From positions 1 to 35,111 of the forward strand of contig JAUIBM010000001.1 of the NCBI GenBank assembly GCA_030428345.1: a stretch of DNA of 35,111 nt. The letters are read 5' to 3'. The DNA comes from Alphaproteobacteria bacterium. Its GTDB lineage: Bacteria; Pseudomonadota; Alphaproteobacteria; Rhizobiales; Rhizobiaceae. The notes under the pieces are model-generated. The model saw only the letters and a program-made list of their open reading frames with translations. It was not told the DNA's origin and did not search any database. Below, one piece after another: positions 1-6,770 of the stretch. Every line of letters begins with the position of its first letter. Position 1 is the stretch's first letter. The position numbers and the translations under genes are program-made.

Positions 1-188
1 AGGAAGAAGTCCTCGTACCATTGCAGCGAATAGCCCGGCACCGGCAGCGTCAGGATGTTGCCGGAGGAGAACGACAGCGGAAAGATCACCAGAAGCGGCG
101 CGACAAGGAATGCCAGCACGATCCAGGCGAATATGGCGACGAGAATGCGGGTCAATTTGCCCTCACGCCTGAATCGAATTGCCGGCAT
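1..188 (-). CDS. ABC transporter permease, PotC-like (N-terminal part only; the gene runs off the left edge)
   Basis: Hand translation of the minus strand from the ATG at 188..186 gives MPAIRFRREGKLTRILVAIFAWIVLAFLVAPLLVIFPLSFSSGNILTLPVPGYSLQWYEDFF. This is a typical N-terminus for the second permease of spermidine/putrescine-type importers. It overlaps the 3' end of the upstream permease by 26 nt. It is absent from the ORF track because it is truncated. Confidence 0.7.
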   Translation of the reverse strand, partial: MPAIRFRREGKLTRILVAIFAWIVLAFLVAPLLVIFPLSFSSGNILTLPVPGYSLQWYEDFF

Positions 189-1341
189 TGGGGATAAGGC
201 GCCGCGCGATGACGATGATCGTTCCGGTCATCGCCAGCAGCAGCAGCGACAGCGCCGCCACCATGCCGAAATTGATCGACTGGTTGGTGAAGAAGGCGAT
301 GTAGTAGCTGACCATCTGGTCCTGCAGGCCGCCCACCAGCGCCGGCGTCACATAGAAGCCGACCGACAGCATGAAGACCATCGCCGCCCCCGCCGCCACG
401 CCGGGAAAGGTCAGCGGCAGATAGACCGACAGGAATTGCCGCCAGGGCGGCGCGCCGAGCGAGGCGGCGGCGCGCAGATATTGCGGCCCCTGGCGTTTCA
501 TCACGCTGTAGAGCGGCAGGATCTGGAAGGGCAGCAGCACATGCACCATCGCCACATAGACGGCGAAGCGGGTGAAGATCAGCTGCGCCGGCTCTTGCAG
601 GATGCCGACGCCCACCAACGCGTTGTTGATGGGGCCCTCGGTCTGCAGAAGGATGAACCATGCCGTTGTGCGCACCAGGATCGAGGTCCAGAAAGGCACG
701 AGCACCAGAAGCATCGCATAGCTCGCCGCCCGGTCGGAAAGGGTGGAGATGTAATAGGCGGTCGGATAGGCCAGCACCGCGCAGATCAGCGTCACCCAGA
801 TGCTGATCCAGAAGGTGCGGGTGAAGAGGTCGATGAAGATCGCCCGGTCGGCGGGGACGCGTTCCAGCGTCCCTTCCGGGCTCACCTCGATGTCGAGGGC
901 GCGCAGCAGATAGCTGGCGGTGACCGGGCTCGAATTGGTCTTGATCAGTTTCCACAGCTCCGGATTGCCCCATTCGGGGATCGCGGCGGGAAGGCTGGCG
1001 GAATAGGGCGCCTCCAGGCTGGCCGCCTTGCGGCGCGTCTGCAGCAGGATGGTGCGCGTTCCATTCAGTTCGAAGTTCAGGCGGCGCGTCATGGCGCCGA
1101 AGGTCATGCCGTTGCTTTCGCCGGCAATGTCCTCGACCAGCGCGCGGAACGCGGCTTCCGGCGGCAGGTCCTTCCCGTCCCATTGGTCGAGCACCATGGC
1201 CGTTCGCGGCAGCGCCGCCGTGACTTCAGGGTTCTCCACCGCCTTGATCATGGTGTAGCCGATCGGCAGGATGAACCCCGCGACCACCAGCAGGAGCAGC
1301 GGGGCGATCAACAGCCAGGAAGTGCGGGTTTTCGGGGACAT
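163..1341 (-). CDS. ABC transporter permease, PotB-like, with a long periplasmic loop after TM1
   Basis: 392-aa ORF with an ATG start. The N-terminal TM segment is SWLLIAPLLLLVVAGFILPI. A block of about 150 aa that looks soluble follows, then five hydrophobic segments and an EAA-like loop (LRAAASLGAPPWRQFLSVYLPLT). It lies in an operon with a family-1 binding protein. Confidence 0.9.
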   Translation of the reverse strand: MSPKTRTSWLLIAPLLLLVVAGFILPIGYTMIKAVENPEVTAALPRTAMVLDQWDGKDLPPEAAFRALVEDIAGESNGMTFGAMTRRLNFELNGTRTILLQTRRKAASLEAPYSASLPAAIPEWGNPELWKLIKTNSSPVTASYLLRALDIEVSPEGTLERVPADRAIFIDLFTRTFWISIWVTLICAVLAYPTAYYISTLSDRAASYAMLLVLVPFWTSILVRTTAWFILLQTEGPINNALVGVGILQEPAQLIFTRFAVYVAMVHVLLPFQILPLYSVMKRQGPQYLRAAASLGAPPWRQFLSVYLPLTFPGVAAGAAMVFMLSVGFYVTPALVGGLQDQMVSYYIAFFTNQSINFGMVAALSLLLLAMTGTIIVIARRLIPNAGNSIQA

Positions 1342-1359
1342 TGTGTTCCGGGTCGAAAT

Positions 1360-1391
1360 GCCGGCATCCGGAAGCTTCCCCGGATGCCGGC
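1360..1391 (-). repeat. Intercistronic perfect 12-bp stem-loop between the binding-protein gene and the permease gene
   Basis: GCCGGCATCCGG (1360..1371), an 8-nt loop, then CCGGATGCCGGC (1380..1391). The arms are exact reverse complements. The structure sits in the 59-nt gap between the stop at 1401 and the start at 1341. Confidence 0.7.
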
Positions 1392-1400
1392 TTCTTCAGG

Positions 1401-2432
1401 TTACTGGGCGGCCCAGGCCGTGAACTTGGCTTCGAGTTCGTCGCCGTGCTCGATCCAGAATTCGGTGTTGATGAACAGGCCCTCGGCGCTGTGGTTGAGC
1501 ACCATTCCGGGGTTGGCCTTCTGGATTTCCGGATCCTCGTTCACCGCCTTGTTGGCCGGCGAGATCGGCCAGATCGCGGCCTGCTTGCGCAGCGGGCCTT
1601 CGTCCGTGATCCAGTTGATCAGCTTCATCGCCTCGTCCTTCATCGGCGAGCCTTCAACCACGGCCCAGTAGTCGATGGAGTAGAACAGCGTGTCCCAGTC
1701 GAGCTGGTACTTGCTGCCTTCCGAATTCGCCTTGATCACGCGGCCGGTATAGCCGAATGCGTAGTCGACCTCGCCGCTGCCGACCAGCTGCAGCGGCTGT
1801 GCGCCAGACTTCCACCAGACGATCTGGTCCTTGATGGTGTCGAGCTTGACGAATGCGCGCGCCACGCCCTCGTCGGTCGCCAGGACCTTGTAGACGTCTT
1901 CCTTGGCGACGCCGTCTGCCAACAGCGCGGCTTCAAGCGTCATCTTCGGTCCGGTGCGCATGGAGCGCTTGCCGGGGAACTTTTCGACGTCGAAGAAATC
2001 GGCCACCGTCTTGGGGCCTTCGGGATGGCGAACGGTGTCGTAGAATACCGCCGCGCCCCAGCCGGTGCCGCCGATGCCGCATTCGCTGGTCGCGCCTTCG
2101 ATGAACTTGTCGCGGTTGATCACCGAATAGTCGATCTTGGCGAAGATGCCGTCCTCGCAGCCGCGCACCAGTTCGGGCGCTTCCACCATGATGGCGTCAT
2201 AGGTCACGTTGCCGGTCTGGACCATGCCGTAGATCTTGGCCATTTCGCCATTGTAGACGTCGTCGGCGACCGGCGTGCCAGTGGCCTCCTGATAGCCCTT
2301 GAAAAGCGCTTCGCGGGCGCTGTCCTGATAGCCTCCCCCGAAGCCGACGATCGTCAGATCGCGCGCCATCGAGGCGGACGCCATCGCAACCGCCTTTGCG
2401 GCCGTTGCGGTCAGTACCGAGAGTATTCTCAT
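1401..2432 (-). CDS. ABC transporter periplasmic substrate-binding protein (family 1, PotD/PotF-like)
   Basis: The ORF is 1401..2465. GAGGGG lies 9 nt upstream of the ATG at 2432 (MRILSVLTATAAKAVAMASASMA, a signal-peptide-like N-terminus). Alternative starts are 2438 and 2465. The mature part (DLTIVGFGGGYQDSAREALFKGYQEATG...) resembles polyamine/opine-type binding proteins. Confidence 0.88.
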   Translation of the reverse strand: MRILSVLTATAAKAVAMASASMARDLTIVGFGGGYQDSAREALFKGYQEATGTPVADDVYNGEMAKIYGMVQTGNVTYDAIMVEAPELVRGCEDGIFAKIDYSVINRDKFIEGATSECGIGGTGWGAAVFYDTVRHPEGPKTVADFFDVEKFPGKRSMRTGPKMTLEAALLADGVAKEDVYKVLATDEGVARAFVKLDTIKDQIVWWKSGAQPLQLVGSGEVDYAFGYTGRVIKANSEGSKYQLDWDTLFYSIDYWAVVEGSPMKDEAMKLINWITDEGPLRKQAAIWPISPANKAVNEDPEIQKANPGMVLNHSAEGLFINTEFWIEHGDELEAKFTAWAAQ

Positions 2433-2477
2433 CGTCATATTCCCCTCTTTGCTGGGTCGTTTCATGGTTGGGTCTTC

Positions 2478-3308
2478 TCAGGCGGACACGGTGTTGGCGA
2501 CACCGTCTTTCCCCCCGGTCCGGCTGTCGGCAACGCCCGTGAGTTCTCGCGTTGCCGAACCGATTGACTGGAGCAGGCCTTCAAGCCGGCCTTCCCATTG
2601 CGGCAGCGCTGCGCGCAGATCCGGCGATGCGGGAAGGTCGCTAAGCGCGGTCATGACCAGCGCCGAACACAGATTGGATGGCAGGAAGCTCGCCGCCGAG
2701 CCCGCATTCAGCGCAGCGAGCGCGGCCAGCGTGTTGGCGCCCGTGCCGCTGATGACGACGGCCTCGACCGCGGATGCGTCGATCTTGCGGGCCGCCGCGC
2801 CGACATCGTCCGGCGTCAGTTCATAGGCGCGGAATTCGTCAGAGATCGAATGGGTCTGCACGACTTCCAGCCCGGCGTCGGCCCAATAGGCCTGCGCATG
2901 CGCGGTGAGTTCCTTGGGATAGGGCGAGACGAGCGCGATCCGCCGGGCGCCCATCGCGGTAAGCACGGCCAGGATCGCCAGGCTCGCGGTCACGACCGGC
3001 GCCTGCGCCTGCGCCGACAAGTCCCGGCACATGCGCGTGTCGCCGGATGCAAGCAGCTTGTAGGAGGAGCCGGTCATGGCGATCGACAGGGCGTCGAGCT
3101 TCAGCGAGCCGAAGGCCTTGATCGTCTCGCCATAGGCCTTCAGGTAGAGATCGTTGCGCTCATACAGCGTCGTGTTGGGAAACACGGGAAGGCGGGCATA
3201 GTGGCACGCGGCCGCGACCGGCAGCAGCAGGCGCATTTCCGGTTCGACGGCTGGGTTGGCCGGCGGGACGATCGTGCCGATGCGGCAGGCGGTGTGGATG
3301 TCAGCCAT
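2478..3308 (-). CDS. Asp/Glu racemase superfamily protein, arylmalonate-decarboxylase / maleate cis-trans isomerase-like
   Basis: The N-terminal motif RIGTIVPPANPAVEPE and the overall length of about 276 aa fit the AMDase/maleate-isomerase family. The chosen start is ATGGCTGAC at 3308, preceded by GGAGGG. The track start at 3377 would overlap the upstream gene by 77 nt. Confidence 0.75.
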   Translation of the reverse strand: MADIHTACRIGTIVPPANPAVEPEMRLLLPVAAACHYARLPVFPNTTLYERNDLYLKAYGETIKAFGSLKLDALSIAMTGSSYKLLASGDTRMCRDLSAQAQAPVVTASLAILAVLTAMGARRIALVSPYPKELTAHAQAYWADAGLEVVQTHSISDEFRAYELTPDDVGAAARKIDASAVEAVVISGTGANTLAALAALNAGSAASFLPSNLCSALVMTALSDLPASPDLRAALPQWEGRLEGLLQSIGSATRELTGVADSRTGGKDGVANTVSA

Positions 3309-4494
3309 TGCGCCCTCCATTGCCCACCATCGCCTCCGGCACGCCGGCCAGCATGTCGAGCATCGCCTGCTTGGCAAGGAATTCGCTCGCCGTCTCGGGC
3401 GACGCGCTGATGGCGGCGATGCGCTTCACGCGTTCGCTGCCCGTGCCGATATTCTCGTCGGTGCGCGGCAGGAGCTGCAGGCGCGTCACGCGCTCGCGCT
3501 CCCATGCGGCGCGGTCCAGATGCGTGATGTCGCCGCTCCGGGAAAAGGCGATCGCCGCCGCGGCATAGGCGAATGCGTCGTGCAGCCCGGCATTGAGGTT
3601 CATTCCGCCCTTGGTGTTGGTCAGGTGCAAGGCGTCTCCGGCGAGATAGACCCGCCCGACGCTTGCCGCCAGCGCCCGCCGCCGGCGGGCGGAGTAGACG
3701 TCGCGCGCCGCGACCTCCGGCAGGATCTGTTCGATCGCGAGAAGATTGGAAAGCCGCGAGACGATCCAGGCGTCGCTCATCGCCTCGCTCTCCGGAATGC
3801 CGGCGGGAACCCGCACGACGATACGCCAGCAATCATGCATTTCCAGCAGGCTGCAGGTATCCTCGCCCGCATGCAGATAGGCGATGCCCGAAAGGCCGGG
3901 CAGGTACTGGCGCATGTCGGCATCCGCATAGAGCCGCAGCGCCATCCCGGGATAGGGCTTCTCGACATAGCCGATCCGCACGGCTTCCCTGGCGGCCGAT
4001 TGCGCGCCGTCGCAGCCGAACAGCACCGCGCCGCGGTGCTCCTGGCCGTCCGCCGTCCTGGCGGTGACACCGGATTCGTCCTGGGTCAGCGAAGCCAGTT
4101 CCGCGCCGAACTCGAGCCGGCCGCCTTCCTGAACGAAAAGATCGCGCATCAGCGTCGTCAGTTCGCCCTGTTCGTAGTGCATGCGGTACGGATTGCGCAC
4201 GCGATCCTTGAGGAGCGAGAAGTCGAGCTGCGACAGCAATTCGCCATCGGGCGCGCGGTATTGCACGCAATCGATCCGCGTGCCCTTCGTCTGCATGGAC
4301 TCCAGCACGCCGCATGTTTCCAGCAGGTCCAGCGTCGAGGCGTGGAAGGTCGACGCCTTGGATTGCAGGTTCACCGTGTCGCGCTTTTCCAGCACCGTAA
4401 CCGCAATTCCGGCGCGCAGCAGCATCAGGGCCAGCGTCAGGCCAACCGGCCCCGCGCCTGTCACGATCATCTGCTGATTGTCTGTCTGGCTCAT
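3301..4494 (-). CDS. FAD-dependent aromatic-ring/heterocycle monooxygenase (PHBH fold, UbiH/MhpA-like)
   Basis: It has a GxGxxG motif (MIVTGAGPVGLTLAL), a GD motif (RVYLAGDALHLTNTKGGMNLNAGLHDA) and a DG-type motif (FGCDGAQSAAR). The start is placed at the ATG at 4494 (MSQTDNQQ), with AGGA 5 nt upstream. The track start at 4509 is a TTG. Confidence 0.85.
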   Translation of the reverse strand: MSQTDNQQMIVTGAGPVGLTLALMLLRAGIAVTVLEKRDTVNLQSKASTFHASTLDLLETCGVLESMQTKGTRIDCVQYRAPDGELLSQLDFSLLKDRVRNPYRMHYEQGELTTLMRDLFVQEGGRLEFGAELASLTQDESGVTARTADGQEHRGAVLFGCDGAQSAAREAVRIGYVEKPYPGMALRLYADADMRQYLPGLSGIAYLHAGEDTCSLLEMHDCWRIVVRVPAGIPESEAMSDAWIVSRLSNLLAIEQILPEVAARDVYSARRRRALAASVGRVYLAGDALHLTNTKGGMNLNAGLHDAFAYAAAAIAFSRSGDITHLDRAAWERERVTRLQLLPRTDENIGTGSERVKRIAAISASPETASEFLAKQAMLDMLAGVPEAMVGNGGRNG

Positions 4495-4521
4495 GCCTGT
4501 CCTGCTCAAAACGATGGCCTC

Positions 4522-4549
4522 ATGCTAGCGGCCGACATAAAAGTGTCAA
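4522..4549 (-). promoter_or_regulatory. Candidate sigma70-type promoter of the monooxygenase-isomerase-ABC operon
   Basis: On the minus strand the -35 is TTGACA (rc of 4544..4549). A 16-nt spacer follows, then the -10 TAGCAT (rc of 4522..4527). The -10 lies about 28 nt upstream of the ATG at 4494. The -35 is embedded in the palindrome AAGTGTCAACACTT. Confidence 0.4.
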
Positions 4550-4554
4550 CACTT
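4541..4554. promoter_or_regulatory. Candidate GntR-type operator, site 1 (6-2-6 perfect palindrome AAGTGT-CA-ACACTT)
   Basis: AAGTGTCAACACTT. The arms AAGTGT and ACACTT are exact reverse complements. It shares the TGTCAAC core with three other sites in the island's promoter regions. Confidence 0.5.
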
Positions 4555-4634
4555 GATTTGATCTGACTCGAAGAATCTCGCAAAAAGTCGGAATTTTCAG
4601 GCATCTTGGTACGGTATGGCTCGTGCTTTGGGCA

Positions 4635-4648
4635 TAGTGTCAACATTG
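4635..4648. promoter_or_regulatory. Candidate GntR-type operator, site 2
   Basis: TAGTGTCAACATTG, in the same orientation as site 1 with centres 94 bp apart. It lies in the non-coding gap between the isochorismatase-family gene and the monooxygenase gene. Confidence 0.4.
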
Positions 4649-4666
4649 TGTGCAATGTCCGGGCAG

Positions 4667-4698
4667 GGGCGGGGCTAGGCCCGCCCATCCGGGGCGGG
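4667..4698 (-). terminator. GC-rich alternative hairpins spanning the stop codon of the isochorismatase-family gene (possible terminator or processing structure)
   Basis: GGGCGGG (4667..4673), CCCGCCC (4680..4686) and GGGCGGG (4692..4698). The central arm can pair with either flank. There is no clear U-tract. Confidence 0.25.
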
Positions 4699-5400
4699 CA
4701 TTTGCAGGTTTTCCAGATAGGCCGCCACCTCGTCGGTCGGGATCACGTCGGCATATTTGCAGTTGAGATCGAAGAGGTTCATCGCATGGCTCGCCTCGAA
4801 GCGGTCGAAGGCGGTTTCCTCGGGGATGACGGTCTTGAAGTTGAAGGAATAGGCGTCGACCGCCGTCGCCCTCAGGCAGCCTGACGTGGTGCATCCGGTA
4901 AGGATCAGCGTGTCGACGTCGAGGAAGTTCAACTGGCTCATGAACAAGGTGCCGAAGAACGCCGAGGGCTTGCGCTTGCCGATCAGAGCGTCCTGGGGGC
5001 GCGGCGCCAGGGGAGAAACGGTCTGCGTGGCGTGGCTGCCCTCGATCGAGGTCTTCTCCGTGCCGCGGTGGTTCTTGCCGACCTGCACGCCGCTGTCGAT
5101 CATGTCGGGCCTGCGTTCCGACTGGGTGTAGAAGATCGGAATGTCCCTGGCCCTGGCGATGTGCATCAGCCGCTCGATGTGGGGGACGGCCTTCCAGCCC
5201 ACCTCGCCGCAATGGGTGCGGTACTGCTTCAGCCCTTCCTCATGGCTCTGGCCCGGCTCGTCGCCGCAGAAATTGTACTGCACGTCGATGATGAACAGGG
5301 CAGGGCGCTTTCCGAACCCGCCCCGCTTGCCGTAGCCGGCGAGCCGATAGATTTCCTTGTCCTTGTCGGTCAGGAACTTGTCCCAGATGCGTTCGCTCAT
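4675..5400 (-). CDS. Isochorismatase-family cysteine hydrolase (maleamate amidohydrolase / N-carbamoylsarcosine amidase-like half-amidase)
   Basis: The internal ATG at 5400 (MSERIWDKF) is preceded by AGGA. The product is 241 aa. Family triad candidates are D in LFIIDVQ, K in IGKRKPSAF and C in LTGCTTSGCLRAT. The upstream part of the track ORF (4675..5874) is Arg/Gly-rich junk that overlaps the next gene. Confidence 0.85.
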   Translation of the reverse strand: MSERIWDKFLTDKDKEIYRLAGYGKRGGFGKRPALFIIDVQYNFCGDEPGQSHEEGLKQYRTHCGEVGWKAVPHIERLMHIARARDIPIFYTQSERRPDMIDSGVQVGKNHRGTEKTSIEGSHATQTVSPLAPRPQDALIGKRKPSAFFGTLFMSQLNFLDVDTLILTGCTTSGCLRATAVDAYSFNFKTVIPEETAFDRFEASHAMNLFDLNCKYADVIPTDEVAAYLENLQMPAPDGRA

Positions 5401-5411
5401 GTGTGGTCCTT

Positions 5412-6770
5412 TCAGGCTGCGCGGTGCAGGTAGCGGCCGCTGGCGCCGATCCCGGGCGCGAGCGCGCCGTCCTCGACGAGCACCTCGCCGCGCAGGATCG
5501 TGTGGGTTATCGCGCCGCGAAAGCTCATGCCGTCGTAGGGCGAGTAGTCGGAATGGGAAGGATAGGCGGCGGCGTCGATCCGGGTCGTGCCGTCCGGGTC
5601 GACAATGGCGAAATCCGCGTCGAAGCCGGGCGCGATGCGGCCCTTGCCGCGCACCGAATAGAGATCGGCGACATTGCTCGACGTCGCGGCGGCGAGCGTT
5701 TCCAGCGGAATTCCGCGCTTGCGCCAGCCCTCTTCCAGCAGCACCGGCAGGATCTGGGCGATGCCCGGAAAGCCGGCCGTGGCCTGCCAGATATCGGGGC
5801 CCTTGGTCGAGCGCTTGCGCGGCACGTGGTCCGAGCCGATCGTGGAGATTTCGCCCGTGCGAACGCCTTCCCACAATCCGTCGATGTCGGACTGGCTGCG
5901 CAGCGGCGGGTTCACCTTGCCCAGATTACCGATCGCGCTGTCTCGGCTGAGCGACAGATAGTGGATGCAGGTCTCGACATGGATCGGCGCGCGGCCCGGA
6001 TGGCGCAGCTTGCGCACCAGATCGAGGCTTTCCACCGCCGACATGTGGACGATGTTGACCGGGCAGTTGGTCTTCTCGCCGAAATAGCACACCCGAAAGA
6101 CGTTCTCGGTCTCCAGGAAGCCGGGCGACTGTTCGTCCCAGACCCTGAGATCGTCGCGGCCGGCGGCCTTCAGCGGCTCGCGCAGCACCGGGATCACCTC
6201 GGTGTTCTCGCAATGCACGCCGACAACGCCATTGCGTATCTTCGCGCCGGCCTGCAGGGCGGCGAACAGCAGGCCGTCATCCACCTCGCCAAAACCTTTC
6301 GCCGCGCCCGTCGCGCCCTTGTACATCAGATAGACCTTGACGGAGGTGACGCCGAAGCGCTGCGACAGCTCGGCCAGTTCCTGCACGTGGCGGCGCGAGG
6401 TGACGCCGAAATGGAAGCCGAAATCGATCGCCGAACGAGCGAGCGCGGCGTCGCGCCAGGGGCCGGTCGCCGCGCCCAGATCGTCGCTGCGCCAGAAGCT
6501 GAACAGCCCGGTAACCCCGCCCAGAAGCGCGGTGCGGCTCTCCGTGTCCCAGTCGTTTTCCTTGTCGCCGAAGCCGATATGCGTATGCGGGTCGATCACC
6601 CCCGGCATGACCAGCCTGTCGGTGCAATCGATGATGCGCCGCGCCTCGGCCCGCTCTTCGGGCGCAAGGATGGCGGCGATGCGGCCGTTGCGGATGGCGA
6701 GCGAGCCGCGTCGCATGCCCTCGCCCGGAAAGACGATTTCGCCATTGTGGAGAACCAGATCGTAACTCAT
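5412..6770 (-). CDS. Cyclic amidohydrolase of the dihydropyrimidinase / hydantoinase / imidase family
   Basis: All metal-centre motifs can be seen: DPHTH, the carboxylated-Lys context VKVYLMYK, VHCEN, IVHMS and GSDH. The product is 452 aa. The start ATG overlaps the stop of the aconitase-like gene (ATGA at 6767..6770). Confidence 0.9.
   Translation of the reverse strand: MSYDLVLHNGEIVFPGEGMRRGSLAIRNGRIAAILAPEERAEARRIIDCTDRLVMPGVIDPHTHIGFGDKENDWDTESRTALLGGVTGLFSFWRSDDLGAATGPWRDAALARSAIDFGFHFGVTSRRHVQELAELSQRFGVTSVKVYLMYKGATGAAKGFGEVDDGLLFAALQAGAKIRNGVVGVHCENTEVIPVLREPLKAAGRDDLRVWDEQSPGFLETENVFRVCYFGEKTNCPVNIVHMSAVESLDLVRKLRHPGRAPIHVETCIHYLSLSRDSAIGNLGKVNPPLRSQSDIDGLWEGVRTGEISTIGSDHVPRKRSTKGPDIWQATAGFPGIAQILPVLLEEGWRKRGIPLETLAAATSSNVADLYSVRGKGRIAPGFDADFAIVDPDGTTRIDAAAYPSHSDYSPYDGMSFRGAITHTILRGEVLVEDGALAPGIGASGRYLHRAA

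Noticed and set aside
55-1671. A 538-aa plus-strand ORF, along with similar long antisense ORFs at 7311..9260, 10126..11382, 19526..21481, 27025..29055 and 33598..34857 (its 5' half)
   Set aside because: All are Arg/Pro/Gly-rich mirror-frame ORFs that overlap genes with strong homology signatures. None shows a domain motif or a plausible RBS.
4606-4884. A 92-aa plus-strand ORF starting in the intergenic region between the amidase and monooxygenase genes
   Set aside because: Most of it is antisense to the well-supported isochorismatase-family gene. It has no RBS and no recognisable fold. The intergenic part is better explained by the operator and promoter elements.
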